Positions 1-9,570 are shown, counted from the stretch's first letter. The stretch: 32,000 nt of DNA from Candidatus Electrothrix sp. GW3-4 (GCF_037902255.1 NZ_CP147990.1:3630001-3662000), one strand, 5' to 3'. The notes: generated by a model from the sequence alone, not told the origin. Numbers and translations are program-made.

Positions 1-17
1 ATCCGAGCAACAGGACG

Positions 18-218
18 TTACTGAGTAATAACATTTTCTGCGGCAGGTCCCTTGGCACCGTCAACAACATCAAAAATTACTCGCTGACCTTCCTGCAGGC
101 TCCTAAATCCCTCGGCTTTAATTGCTGAATGATGGACAAAAACATCTGAACCGCCATCTTGCTCAATAAATCCGAATCCTTTGGAATCGTTAAACCATTT
201 TACTGTTCCTTCTGCCAT
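18..218 (-). CDS. Cold-shock protein (CspA/CSD family), 66 aa
   Basis: ORF 18..305 trimmed to the ATG at 216-218, which is preceded by AAGGAG. The product [33 protein letters not shown]... carries the RNP-1 (KGFGFI) and RNP-2 (VFVHH) cold-shock-domain motifs. Confidence 0.9.
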   Translation of the reverse strand: MAEGTVKWFNDSKGFGFIEQDGGSDVFVHHSAIKAEGFRSLQEGQRVIFDVVDGAKGPAAENVITQ

Positions 219-488
219 TGTGACACTCCTTGCTACGCGGTTTCTTTGCGAAACCATTTTGAAAAAAAGCGGATTCCTGTTACGAAGTCCTGGTGCAGCC
301 TGCATCCCAGCCTGCGGTTTACAATATTACATACAGCCGACGCCGCAATAAATCAGTACTGATGTATTATCATATATAAACTACGACAGAAAAAAACAAG
401 CATTTTTTCACGTAACCCACCAGAAACATAGGGAAGAATAAACGAGATCCGAGTTTTTCCCCTGTGCCACAAGAAAATTTCAGCGCCC

Positions 489-525
489 TAAAAAAAGAAA
501 GAGCAGGCATTTTTCCGCCCCCTCT
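489..525 (-). terminator. Rho-independent terminator downstream of the RND permease gene
   Basis: The minus-strand RNA reads AGAGGGGGC-GGAAAAAU-GCCUGCUCU, a 9-bp stem with one G.G mismatch and one G.U pair. It is followed by UUCUUUUUUU and lies 6 nt after the stop codon at 531-533. Confidence 0.5.
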
Positions 526-530
526 CCTCC

Positions 531-3500
531 TTACTCCATCTGATCCGCCCGCCGGGCAGCAGCAGGCTCCACAGCTTCCCTCTCTAACCAAACACCTGTC
601 TGCAAGCGGCCCACCACCAGACGCCAGTCGTTCACGATAGCTAATAGACTGGGGATCAAGACCAACGTCAAGATAGTGGACCCCACAACCCCTCCTGCCA
701 GGGACAGGGCCATAGGAATAAGAAACTGGGCTTGCATATCAGTCTCCAAAATCAATGGCGCAAGACCGCCCACAGTGGAAACAGAAGTGAGAAGGATAGC
801 TCGAAAACGGCGTACTCCCCCCTTGATCACAGCATTATGAAAAGACATACCCTCGGCCAAATTTTCATTAATGCGCTCAATAAGGACAATCGCATCGTTG
901 ACGACCACCCCGGTCAAGGCGACCATGCCGAACATGGACATCATAGAAAGGTCATAGCCCAGGAGGAGATGGGCAAGAATAGCGCCAATAATACCAAAAG
1001 GGATACTCACCAGAATAATCAACGGTTGAATATAAGAACGAAAGATAGTGGCGACAATGACAAAAACCCCCATTATGGCCAAGGGCACGCTCACCTTGAG
1101 CGGAGCAAAAGACTCCCGCATATTTTTCTTTTCTCCCTGAGTGGAGACGTGCAGCCCTGGATAGCGCCCCTCAAGCTGCTCAAAGAATGGTACCAAGTCA
1201 GCAAAGACATCCTGAGCATTAGCCCGTTTCGGATCGACATCTGCGGTAACCGCTACCCTACGCAGGCCATCCGTACGGGTAATAGCAGAAAATCCCGGTC
1301 CAAACTCTGTATCAGCGACCGAGAGCAAGGGCACCTCCTTCCCAGTGGAAGTACGAATACGCATCTGCTGAAAATCCGTCACCCGGCTCCGTTCACCCTG
1401 GGTATAGCGCACCTTGACCCGAATATCATCCTGCCCCCGCTGCACCCGAAAGGCCTCTTTTCCATAAAAGCCCGCGTTGACCTGTTGGGCCAAATCCTCA
1501 ACAGTCAGACCGAGCGTCCTGGCTTCCGGCTTCAGGGTCAGGCGAAATTCATTTTTCCCAGGAGCATCATCAGAACGTATCTGAACAACCCCATTATAGC
1601 TGCGCAATTTCTTCTGGAGCTGCTCTGAAGCGGCAATAATATCCGGCATCCTGTTCCCCTGAATCCAGAACTCCAGCTCTGCACCGCCAGGCCCGTGCGA
1701 CTCCCCCTCAAAGGTCAATGATTTTGCTCCAGCAATAGAGCCAATCTCCTCTTCCCAGGCAATCATAAGCTCATTGGAATGTACCCCACGTTTTTCCTCG
1801 GGAAGCAGGATAAACTGGACCGAGCCCAGATGCGCTCCTTTTTGCCCCCGTTGCTGAGAACTCAGGCTCTGACCAACCAGGATCATTCGCTGTTCAATCA
1901 AGGGCTCACCACTCACTGTGTGGGTGCGCCCGGCGACCTGAAGAAAGGCCTGCTCAATTTTTTTCAAGGCCCGATGGGTGGCATCTACCGGGGTTCCTTC
2001 GGGGAAAGAAAGATTGGCTGTGGCCACAAAGCTGTCGGTTTTTGGAAAGACCTGAAATTTAACCATCCCTCCCTGAACCAATCCTACAGCCAGCAGAAGA
2101 GAGGCTATGGAGATAGCAAGAAAGATATAGCGCCAGTGCAAGGCCCAGGCAAGAAAAGGAAGATAGACTCGCTTAATGAAGAGATCAAGCCCCCTCTGTA
2201 CAGCCCGCTGAAACAACTGCAAAGGGTTCCATGAACGAACAGGACGATGCAAATCTGGCAGATGGCTCAGATGGGCTGGCAACAAAAAAAGACATTCCCA
2301 GAGGGATACCAGCAGACTGGCAATAACCACAGTGGGCAGGATCTCGATAAACTTGCCCATGACCCCGCCGACAAAGGCCAGCGGGATAAAGGCCACTACC
2401 GTGGTGGTCACGGCTGCAATCACTGGCATGGCCACCTCCGACACACCCTCCACCGCAGCCCGCACTGGAGAGTGCCCTCTTCTCCGGTGAACGTAGATGG
2501 CTTCGCCCACCACAATGGCATCATCCACCACAATACCGAGCACCATGATCACCCCAAACAGAGAAATCATATTCATGGTCTCGCCCAAGTACCAAAGGAT
2601 AAACATGGCCCCGGAAAGCGAGATAGGAATCCCCATGCCGCTCCAAAAGGCCAGGCGAAGGTCAAGAAAGAGCCAGAGCAGACAGAAAACCAAGATCAGC
2701 CCCACAGTTCCGTTCCTGGTCAACAGATTGATGCGGGCCCGCAGGGCTCTGGTGTTATCATAAAACGTTTCCAGCTGGACATCAGGAGGCAGTCGCAGCT
2801 GTTTCTCTGCCACGTACTGCTGCACAGTATCTGCAATGTGGATGGCATCCTCCTCTTCGGTTTTAAAAACCATGACAAAGGCAGCCGGTTCTCCGTTCAC
2901 CTCAGAGATGATCGGATCCTCAGTAAAGCCATCCCGAATGATCGCTAACTGGTCAAGCCTGAGCGACTCACCAGAAGCCTTAGCCAGCACCACGATCTCA
3001 GCAAGCTCCTCCCCGCTATATTTCCTCCCCATAGTGCGGAGACGAATCTCTTCCTCTTCCGTACGCAGGGTTCCTCCGTGCAGATTAACGCTGGATCGAC
3101 GCACCGCCTCGGCCACTTGGGCAAAGGTCAGTCCATAGCGACGGAGCTGCTCTTCAGAGACCTCGATAGAGATCTCGTAATCCCGGGTCCCAAAGGTGTC
3201 GACCTGAGAAACACCATCTAAGGAACGAATATCATCCCTCAACCCTTCTGCCTGGGCCTTGAGCTGTTTTTCTGACATTTCACCAGACAGGGCCAGCAAT
3301 ACCACGGAATTACGCATGGTCAGTTCGGTGATCACCGGCCTTTCCGCATCCACCGGAAAAGTAGAAACAGCATCGACCTTGGACTTTACATCATCAAGAA
3401 TCTCACTAATATCTCTCCCTTCCTGGACATCCACCAGAGCCGTGCCCATATTCTCAGCAGCTGTGGTCGTGTATTGCTTGATCCCCTCTATACCTTCCAG

Positions 3501-3713
3501 GGCCTCCTCAATTTTAAGGACAATGCCCTCCTCCACCTCCTCTGGGTCAGCACCAGGATAGGCAACCTGGATGAGGATTTTATCAACGGAAAACTCTGGA
3601 AAATTCTCCCGCCGCATGGATGACAGGGCCATGGCTCCGCCCACCAATATCATCAACAAAACGATATTGGCAAAGACCGTGTTGGAGGCAAAGGCCGTAA
3701 GGATTTTTTTCAT
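531..3713 (-). CDS. Efflux RND transporter permease subunit (AcrB/HAE family), 1060 aa
   Basis: Length of about 1060 aa. The N-terminus MKKILTAFASNTVFANIVLLMILVGGAMALSSMRRENFPEF is typical of the family, and the architecture is duplicated 12-TM with two large periplasmic loops. ATGA overlap with the upstream adaptor gene at 3710-3713. Confidence 0.95.
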   Translation of the reverse strand: MKKILTAFASNTVFANIVLLMILVGGAMALSSMRRENFPEFSVDKILIQVAYPGADPEEVEEGIVLKIEEALEGIEGIKQYTTTAAENMGTALVDVQEGRDISEILDDVKSKVDAVSTFPVDAERPVITELTMRNSVVLLALSGEMSEKQLKAQAEGLRDDIRSLDGVSQVDTFGTRDYEISIEVSEEQLRRYGLTFAQVAEAVRRSSVNLHGGTLRTEEEEIRLRTMGRKYSGEELAEIVVLAKASGESLRLDQLAIIRDGFTEDPIISEVNGEPAAFVMVFKTEEEDAIHIADTVQQYVAEKQLRLPPDVQLETFYDNTRALRARINLLTRNGTVGLILVFCLLWLFLDLRLAFWSGMGIPISLSGAMFILWYLGETMNMISLFGVIMVLGIVVDDAIVVGEAIYVHRRRGHSPVRAAVEGVSEVAMPVIAAVTTTVVAFIPLAFVGGVMGKFIEILPTVVIASLLVSLWECLFLLPAHLSHLPDLHRPVRSWNPLQLFQRAVQRGLDLFIKRVYLPFLAWALHWRYIFLAISIASLLLAVGLVQGGMVKFQVFPKTDSFVATANLSFPEGTPVDATHRALKKIEQAFLQVAGRTHTVSGEPLIEQRMILVGQSLSSQQRGQKGAHLGSVQFILLPEEKRGVHSNELMIAWEEEIGSIAGAKSLTFEGESHGPGGAELEFWIQGNRMPDIIAASEQLQKKLRSYNGVVQIRSDDAPGKNEFRLTLKPEARTLGLTVEDLAQQVNAGFYGKEAFRVQRGQDDIRVKVRYTQGERSRVTDFQQMRIRTSTGKEVPLLSVADTEFGPGFSAITRTDGLRRVAVTADVDPKRANAQDVFADLVPFFEQLEGRYPGLHVSTQGEKKNMRESFAPLKVSVPLAIMGVFVIVATIFRSYIQPLIILVSIPFGIIGAILAHLLLGYDLSMMSMFGMVALTGVVVNDAIVLIERINENLAEGMSFHNAVIKGGVRRFRAILLTSVSTVGGLAPLILETDMQAQFLIPMALSLAGGVVGSTILTLVLIPSLLAIVNDWRLVVGRLQTGVWLEREAVEPAAARRADQME

Positions 3714-4930
3714 TCTTCTCCTGCCTCCTTTTGAACTGGCTGAAGGACAGGCTGGACCGACTGAACAGGGTCAAGGATATTAACCAGACTCTTTTCCAAA
3801 GGATTTTCCAGCCGAGTGACAATGACCTGCTCCCAGTCCTTTAACCCACCAGTAATAAAGGCCATATTTTCCTCAATCCGTGCCACCTCCACCTTCCGGG
3901 TGTGCAGACGACCTTCCTGAACAACATAGACCGTCTGCTCGAAGCTCACGGCTGCTCGGGGGAGCGCAAAGACGTTATCCAGAGCACGCCCCTCAATATC
4001 CACCCGGCAAAACATTCCTTGCACCAGAGGGAAGGTAGCACTCTTCTCCGGCTGCAAACGAATCGCCACGGTCAGGCTTCTGGTCTGGGAATCAAAACGG
4101 ACCACTCGATCAAGAAGACCTTGAGCGCGCACACTTTCTTTTTCCGTCCAAGTCAGATTGCACGCTGTTTTTTCCGGGAGCCCGAACCAGGATTGGCCAT
4201 CATTCTTTGTCTGAAAACGGAGCCATTGCACCGCATCACGGCTATCCAGAGGAACCTGCACCTCAAGATCCCTGTCATCGGTCAGGGTGAGGAGATTTTT
4301 GCCCGCAGTCACATATTCGCCCTGATCCACAAAGAGCTCAGTGATACGACCAGTAAAGGGCGCTCTAATCACGCAGCGGGCAAGCTGGAGCTTGACCTGA
4401 TCTATGGTTTGTTTGACCTGGATGATCTGGTTACTGATGGCGTTGACTGCCTGCTCTCCCTTTTCCACCGTGGATTGAGTCCCAACCTTTTTCTTGGAAT
4501 AGAGATTGCTGACCCGCGCATACTCCTTGCGGGCAAGCTCAAGGTCGCGAACCAGACTCTTGAGACGGGCCTGCGCACTTTTTAGGTCCAACCGGAAATC
4601 CTGCTCATTAATCTTATACAAGACCTCATCTTTCTCGATAATCGCTCCAACCTGGAGATCCTTATGGGCAAAGATAACACGCCCACTGACTTCAGCAGGT
4701 AAGGTCACCTCGGTGCGAGAAACCACCTCTCCATAGCCGGAAATAACAACCGGAACTGTTTTCGCCTGGACCTGAACCACCTGAACCGGCAGTGCGGGTT
4801 CTTTTCTCTCCACCTTTTGCGGCGCTTTCTTCATTCCCTTGAGCTTCTTCATACCGATGAACCCACTGGCAAGAATCAGCAGGCAGAGAACAATCCGCAC
4901 GAGTAGCACCCCTGTTTTTTTCATCTGCAT
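3710..4930 (-). CDS. Efflux RND transporter periplasmic adaptor subunit (MFP/HlyD-like), ~406 aa
   Basis: ORF 3710..4990 trimmed to the ATG at 4928-4930, which is preceded by AGGAAAG. There is an N-terminal membrane anchor (MQMKKTGVLLVRIVLCLLILASGF), then coiled-coil/lipoyl/beta-barrel-type sequence. The gene is translationally coupled to the RND permease. Confidence 0.9.
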   Translation of the reverse strand: MQMKKTGVLLVRIVLCLLILASGFIGMKKLKGMKKAPQKVERKEPALPVQVVQVQAKTVPVVISGYGEVVSRTEVTLPAEVSGRVIFAHKDLQVGAIIEKDEVLYKINEQDFRLDLKSAQARLKSLVRDLELARKEYARVSNLYSKKKVGTQSTVEKGEQAVNAISNQIIQVKQTIDQVKLQLARCVIRAPFTGRITELFVDQGEYVTAGKNLLTLTDDRDLEVQVPLDSRDAVQWLRFQTKNDGQSWFGLPEKTACNLTWTEKESVRAQGLLDRVVRFDSQTRSLTVAIRLQPEKSATFPLVQGMFCRVDIEGRALDNVFALPRAAVSFEQTVYVVQEGRLHTRKVEVARIEENMAFITGGLKDWEQVIVTRLENPLEKSLVNILDPVQSVQPVLQPVQKEAGEE

Positions 4931-5559
4931 ATTGCTTTCCTTTGCTCCTCTTCTCAAGAGGAGGCTCGTTGTATCGAAGAAAATAGCCACTAATCACCAG
5001 ACAACATATCAACTGACTGTCAACAAACGATCCCTTGCCACATTTACTGTCTTTTTTATCTCTTATCGATAGATTTTTCAGTTCTGCTCCCAACTTCTTC
5101 CCCCTCACTCTTCTCCCACGGGAGGCCTTCCCATTCTGTTCTTAAGGCCCCTCAGAGCAGGGCAAACGCACGACTTGTTCATAACAAATCAAAAAGTTGC
5201 ACCAGAAACCTTTTGGACACCCAGATCAGTCAAAAGAATGCTACAGCATCTCTTCGACACTTTCAACAGCTCTAGGCAACTGTATTTTTATCTCATATCG
5301 CCAACCTACCGCGATCTTCAAATTAAGGTACAATACATACTCCCCCAAACACTCAACACCCACCGAATCTTTTTTACCCAGGCAAAAACACGGATGGCTA
5401 CTTAATACCTAACCCAAAGAGAAAAACGAGATCCTCTCTCATCGCTATGCACTGCCAAGATCCAAGACAACCTATTGATATAAAAAATACTCTTAACAAA
5501 AAAAACAACTCGCTCTTTCAGAATGAATACTCACCTACGCCCCCATTTTCACAAAAAAC

Positions 5560-5595
5560 TTGACTTTTTTACCCACTATGCCGGATTATATAAAT
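5560..5595 (+). promoter_or_regulatory. Putative sigma70-type promoter (TTGACT, ~18 nt, GATTAT/TATAAAT-rich)
   Basis: TTGACT at 5560-5565 is followed by an AT-rich TATA-like block (GATTATATAAAT) at 5584-5595. It sits directly upstream of the hairpin-rich segment and about 370 nt upstream of the next CDS. Confidence 0.3.
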
Positions 5596-5596
5596 A

Positions 5597-5835
5597 AGGG
5601 TTGAACTTGCTCCTCAAGCAAGCACCTCGCTTTCCCATCGAAACAGGAGAGCTGAGAAGAAAGCCACAGCCGTCGCGAGGCGGTGTCGGAAAGCCACGGA
5701 TCTCTCGGGAGGAGACCGCCGGGTTGCCACCTTGTACTTCTTGATGTCTAAAAATCTTTACATTACGACATCAATGCACCAAGGCAAGCTGCCCGGCTCA
5801 AGCTGCTGGCCATATCAAAAGCCATCTTTTCTGCT
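5597..5835 (+). promoter_or_regulatory. Candidate structured 5' leader / cis-regulatory RNA (class unknown)
   Basis: Hairpin CTTGCT-cctca-AGCAAG at 5606-5622. GNRA-capped hairpin GCCGTC-GCGA-GGCGGT at 5669-5684, flanked by the direct repeat AAAGCCAC(A/G)G at 5660-5669 and 5690-5699. GGCGGT (5679-5684) can alternatively pair with ACCGCC (5715-5720). An 8-bp inverted repeat TTGATGTC...GACATCAA lies at 5741-5774. Confidence 0.25.
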
Positions 5836-5966
5836 TAACATCCTCCCCCTCGTACTTTCAAACCGACCTGTGTAAAGGACGAACTCCTGCTCTGTGGCCA
5901 TAGATACTTTTGCTCGTCCACCAGAACGCATACTTATCTTTCAGAGAAGAAAAGGAGGAGGGAGTA

Positions 5967-6869
5967 ATGACAAAAAAAATCATGGCAGTACTTGCTCTGC
6001 TGCTCATCTTTATCGCACCAGGTTTAGCTGCTCAAACAATCAATAGTGGTAACGTTAAAATAGGTATCCTTTCTTGGCGAGGGCCATTGGGTTTTAAAAA
6101 GAGCTGGGAAGGCACTGAAAAATACCTTACCAAGGCACTTGGGAGAACGGTGACCATTCTCCCCTTAGAATTTAAAGAGGTGCTGCCTGCCGTAAAGCAG
6201 GAAAAGGTCGATTTTTTCACTGCCGACCCTTCCATGTTCATGAGTGCCAAGACACAATACGGCGCAAGTGAAGTACTAACCATGAAGCTTATCAATGCCG
6301 ATTCTGTTGGTGCTGTGATCTTTACAACAACAGGAAATCAGAATATTAATAAACTTTCTGATCTCAAAGGAAAAAAGTTTGGCGCCTTACAGCGATGGTC
6401 ATTTGGTGGCTGGCAGATGGCGGAAAAGGAATTCCGCAATGCAGGGCTTGACCCCTACCCCTTGCTGCACACCCTACGTTTCTTTGACAAACCCAATGCT
6501 GTGGTGAGAGCCGTTCTTCGTGGACAGGTTGATGCTGGCACCGTGCCAGCCAGCATTCTGGAACGGCTGGCAAAAACAGGAAAGATAAAGATGAGGGATA
6601 TGAAAATCCTCAGAGAAAAGGATTACCCTGATTTCCCTTATACCTGCTCAACAGAACTTTACCCTGGCTTTCCTCTGGCCAAAACAGCGACTGTTGGTCA
6701 TACCTTAGCCCATGAGATGGCTGATGCACTCAAGGCCTTACAACCGGGAGATAAGATCCTGAAGGCTGCCCGGATCACGGGTTGGGTTGACCCGCTTGAC
6801 TACGCAGACATTGAAATCGTTCAATCACAGCTCAGAGGCGGGGGCTACACCGGACGACGCATTCATTGA
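5967..6869 (+). CDS. PhnD-like (phosphonate/phosphate-type) periplasmic substrate-binding protein, ~300 aa
   Basis: ORF 5910..6869 trimmed to the ATG at 5967, which is preceded by AGGAGG. It has a signal peptide (MTKKIMAVLALLLIFIAPGLAAQ). The type-2 periplasmic-binding-fold sequence (VKIGILSWRG...EVLPAVKQEKVDFFTADPSMF) resembles the PhnD-like family. Confidence 0.75.
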   Translation: MTKKIMAVLALLLIFIAPGLAAQTINSGNVKIGILSWRGPLGFKKSWEGTEKYLTKALGRTVTILPLEFKEVLPAVKQEKVDFFTADPSMFMSAKTQYGASEVLTMKLINADSVGAVIFTTTGNQNINKLSDLKGKKFGALQRWSFGGWQMAEKEFRNAGLDPYPLLHTLRFFDKPNAVVRAVLRGQVDAGTVPASILERLAKTGKIKMRDMKILREKDYPDFPYTCSTELYPGFPLAKTATVGHTLAHEMADALKALQPGDKILKAARITGWVDPLDYADIEIVQSQLRGGGYTGRRIH

Positions 6870-6881
6870 GCAGGAGCCGCC

Positions 6882-7295
6882 ATGAAATATCAGCTGATCT
6901 CATCTGGACGACTACTCGCCGGATCCGAGGAAAAAGAGAGTATCGCTCAAATTCAGCGTATTACAAAATTATCAGAAACACAGGTCTGGAAATCGCTGCT
7001 AAATGACAAGCCAAAGAAACTGCTGAGCTCCTATGACAAAGAAAAGATAAAAAAAGCGTCTCTCGCCTTGCGCAAGGCTGGCTTAGAGGTGAAGGTCCGG
7101 CAGGTCCCCTCGGTGGAGAGGGGTGGAGGGCCGGGAGATATTGCGCCGAACAAAGAAAAAAGCAACAGGGGAAAAGAACGAATAGACATGCTGCCCTATT
7201 CTATTACTCCGCCAGAAAAAAGATCTCACTCTGGATGTTATCTGGCAGCTCTTCTCTTGTTCCTTATCGTCCTGCTCTACCCGACACACCTATAG
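6882..7295 (+). CDS. Hypothetical small protein with a C-terminal transmembrane anchor, 137 aa
   Basis: The ATG lies 13 nt after the upstream stop codon and has GGAG upstream. The N-terminal half is charged and a single C-terminal hydrophobic helix is present (CYLAALLLFLIVLLY). No family recognised. Confidence 0.55.
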   Translation: MKYQLISSGRLLAGSEEKESIAQIQRITKLSETQVWKSLLNDKPKKLLSSYDKEKIKKASLALRKAGLEVKVRQVPSVERGGGPGDIAPNKEKSNRGKERIDMLPYSITPPEKRSHSGCYLAALLLFLIVLLYPTHL

Positions 7296-7339
7296 CGCTA
7301 TAGCCCCCTACAACCTGATCTTTATTGTTTTTTCGACGC

Positions 7340-7360
7340 AAAAAAACCATCTTCAGATGG
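7340..7360 (-). terminator. Putative rho-independent terminator for the BtrH_N-like gene (possibly bidirectional)
   Basis: CCATCT-tc-AGATGG hairpin at 7347-7360, preceded on the plus strand by a run of 7 A (U-run on the minus strand). It lies between convergent genes. Confidence 0.4.
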
Positions 7361-7398
7361 ATGCATGGTGTCCTGTATCGAACTCAGGTTACTTCACT

Positions 7399-8424
7399 TC
7401 ATGAGGCAAGATTCTCGCGCAGCCAATCCTTTAATCTCCAGAAAGCCTGCTCTTCCAAGTCAGCGCAGCCCATGATCCTCTCAGCCATAACAGAGTATGT
7501 GTCATCCAAACCGCCCCGTCCCTTACATATCCGGGCTGCCATAACCGCAAATTGCCGCCAGCGATCGCCTGCCTCGGTAAAGAGGGTCGCTACATCAAGC
7601 AAGGCCTGATCGTGAAGTTCCTTACCGCTTTCCTGAAGAAAGGCAGCATACATAAAGCGAAAGCCGCCCCCACCAGTACCTATTTCCTCCTGCATGCGCA
7701 CGGTATGGCCGAGATGCAGCTCAGCGCTCTCCTTGCCCAGACGTTCCGGCCAACGCTCCAGCCTTTTGGCCAGAAAGCGTATCCCTCTCACCCCGATGAG
7801 GGGAAACGGGCTCCCGAGCATCATCCGGCAGACAGAGCGGATCCCCTGCCGGATCAAGGGGGTGAGCTCCAGCTGCTCAGGCGTCTCGCTCAGATAGTAC
7901 ATCTTGCCCTTGGGGGCCAAGGCACCGGCAGCAAATCTGGCCCGGACCAGATTCGGGGCCGGGCAACGCACCGGCTGAGGAAAGACCGGATCACTGATCA
8001 GGTATTCATCGCCTTCCTTGCCATAGACCACCAGGTTATGGGCATTAAAATGAAAACGCAAGGCCCTGGGAAAATAAGGAAGCCAGAAGACCCCGGTCTG
8101 CAGGCCCACGGGAATGGAATCGGCAAGGGCCGCGTCCAGCTCCGCCATAGCCTGTTCCTGGCTCCTGAAACGTTTTTCAACCATCCTGATGCCGGAAATC
8201 TTGGCAAAGCGCTTCAGGATATGACCAGCCGCAGCCCGATAGGTCACCAGGGGCAGGCCGTTGATCCGAATAAAGGGGAAGTAGCCAAAAAAAAGCCCTT
8301 CACCAATGCCAAAGGTCATGGCCTCAGAGAGCCTGATACCATGCCAGTTCAGGATGCTGGCAGCGGCTCCGCTTTCGCAATGGGCTGATTGGGTATGGGG
8401 GAAATCAATGGTTAGGTTTTGCAT
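7399..8424 (-). CDS. BtrH N-terminal domain / DUF4872-type protein (papain/C39-like fold), 341 aa
   Basis: The N-terminus FPHTQSAHCESGAAASILNWHGIRLSEAMTFGIGEGLFFGY matches the characteristic HCES...LSE..FG.G.GL pattern of BtrH_N proteins. The length fits the BtrH_N+DUF4872 architecture. Confidence 0.75.
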   Translation of the reverse strand: MQNLTIDFPHTQSAHCESGAAASILNWHGIRLSEAMTFGIGEGLFFGYFPFIRINGLPLVTYRAAAGHILKRFAKISGIRMVEKRFRSQEQAMAELDAALADSIPVGLQTGVFWLPYFPRALRFHFNAHNLVVYGKEGDEYLISDPVFPQPVRCPAPNLVRARFAAGALAPKGKMYYLSETPEQLELTPLIRQGIRSVCRMMLGSPFPLIGVRGIRFLAKRLERWPERLGKESAELHLGHTVRMQEEIGTGGGGFRFMYAAFLQESGKELHDQALLDVATLFTEAGDRWRQFAVMAARICKGRGGLDDTYSVMAERIMGCADLEEQAFWRLKDWLRENLAS

Positions 8425-8436
8425 ACAAAGAGAGGC

Positions 8437-8856
8437 TTACTGCTGATTATAGACGGGATCCTTGAGGATCCCTTGACGAAGGTCTTTTGAGGAGACGAGA
8501 AAGACCTTCGCATACCTGTCGAGTGTTTTCTGACCCAGGCGGCGAAAGAAAAAAGGGATCAGATGAAGGCGGACAAGACAGCGGGCCTGACCGGTGTACC
8601 GGGCCAAGAGGCCAATGTCCATCTGATTGGCAATCATATAATAATGAAGACAGCTCACCCGGTCCTGGGCGATCTTTTCCTTGGAGGCGGCAATATGTTG
8701 TTCTATCTCCTCCCAGGCCTGGCGGTTGACAATATTTACCGGCTGCCAGACAGAGCCGGGGATCAGCTCCTGCTCACCCTGCGCATCTGCAATATAACTG
8801 ATGGTGTGCAGACCGCCGGTGACGCTCTCTTCTCTATCATCCTGCTCGTTCTCCAT
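8437..8856 (-). CDS. Hypothetical protein, 139 aa
   Basis: The start codon abuts the stop codon of the upstream PagL-like gene (TGA at 8857-8859, ATG at 8854-8856), with GGGAG upstream. No recognisable family. Confidence 0.6.
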   Translation of the reverse strand: MENEQDDREESVTGGLHTISYIADAQGEQELIPGSVWQPVNIVNRQAWEEIEQHIAASKEKIAQDRVSCLHYYMIANQMDIGLLARYTGQARCLVRLHLIPFFFRRLGQKTLDRYAKVFLVSSKDLRQGILKDPVYNQQ

Positions 8857-9465
8857 TCAGAAAGTCACTCCCACCAGAAACTTATAGGCGTTGAGCGGAT
8901 CATTGGCTTCCTCGCTGCCGTTATTGGAGATATGGTGGTAACGTGATTCTATGAGCAGTTTACGGTTCTCCGTCCATGCATATTCCAGCCCGATGCCGAA
9001 CTGGTAATTTCCATTAAGATCTGCTCCCATCCCTGAAATATCGGCAAAATTATAGACCGGGCCACCGCCCCCGAACAGATAGGGCTGCCAGATCGAATCT
9101 GCGGTGAAGGTGTAGGCACCGAGAAAATTTATTGCCAACATGGCTGATTCATCCGGACTGAGCACCAGGGAGAGAGGGACTTCGAGCAAGATGGAATGAA
9201 AGCCCCTGTACCAGCCCGAACCCATCTCAGCGATGATCCGATGGCTATAACGGGGGATCAGCTCCAAGGTCTTGACCCGCTCTTCGGTCTCGCCCCAACC
9301 AGGGACTGACTGACCATAGCCACCAAAAACAACCCAACCATCCTGAGAAAAATCAAAAGGGTCAACCAGCTCTGCCGCATTTGCCATGCCCCTGCTCAAA
9401 AGGAGGATGACAGCAAAGGCGCAGAGAAAGGATAAGGAACGAAGGAACAGCATATATTTCTTCAT
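8857..9465 (-). CDS. PagL-like outer-membrane acyloxyacyl hydrolase (lipid A deacylase family), 202 aa
   Basis: It has a signal peptide ending in ANA and a C-terminal ...LVGVTF typical of OM beta-barrels. SRYHHISNNG resembles the His-x-Ser-Asn catalytic motif of PagL-type enzymes. Confidence 0.65.
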   Translation of the reverse strand: MKKYMLFLRSLSFLCAFAVILLLSRGMANAAELVDPFDFSQDGWVVFGGYGQSVPGWGETEERVKTLELIPRYSHRIIAEMGSGWYRGFHSILLEVPLSLVLSPDESAMLAINFLGAYTFTADSIWQPYLFGGGGPVYNFADISGMGADLNGNYQFGIGLEYAWTENRKLLIESRYHHISNNGSEEANDPLNAYKFLVGVTF

Positions 9466-9570
9466 AACAGTCTCTCGCTGAAGAGATCATGGAGGCGATA
9501 AGGGGAAAGTTGAGCGGCTCGACTCCTGTTGATAGCATATCAGCATTATTATATAACAAAGCCGGAAAAG

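Noticed and set aside
732-3561. Long plus-strand ORFs (732..1628, 1779..2234, 2247..2948, 2497..2763, 2836..3138, 3259..3561) lie inside the RND permease gene.
   Set aside because: They are antisense shadow frames of a confidently identified 1060-aa RND gene. Their products are low-complexity (His/Gln/Pro/Ser-rich) with no start signals. The same applies to shadow ORFs inside the adaptor, SulP, kinase, htpG, HemY-like and BtrH_N-like genes.
5175-5412. Two overlapping plus-strand ORFs (76 and 71 aa) in the gap upstream of the PhnD-like gene.
   Set aside because: They have no RBS, odd composition, and overlap each other in different frames. They are most likely chance ORFs in non-coding DNA.
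5660-5725. A cobalamin riboswitch, suggested by GCCACAG, GGAAAGCC and a GGAGACCGCC resembling the B12 box.
   Set aside because: The conserved 5' core (GGGAA...GGUG..AAUCC...CCCGC) is absent, the B12-box match is imperfect, and the downstream gene has no obvious B12 link. It is kept only as an unclassified structured-leader candidate.
7291-7304. The perfect 14-bp palindrome CTATAGCGCTATAG overlapping the stop codon of the 137-aa ORF.
   Set aside because: It occurs only once and has no loop for a hairpin terminator. It cannot be distinguished from chance or from a restriction/operator-type site without further data.
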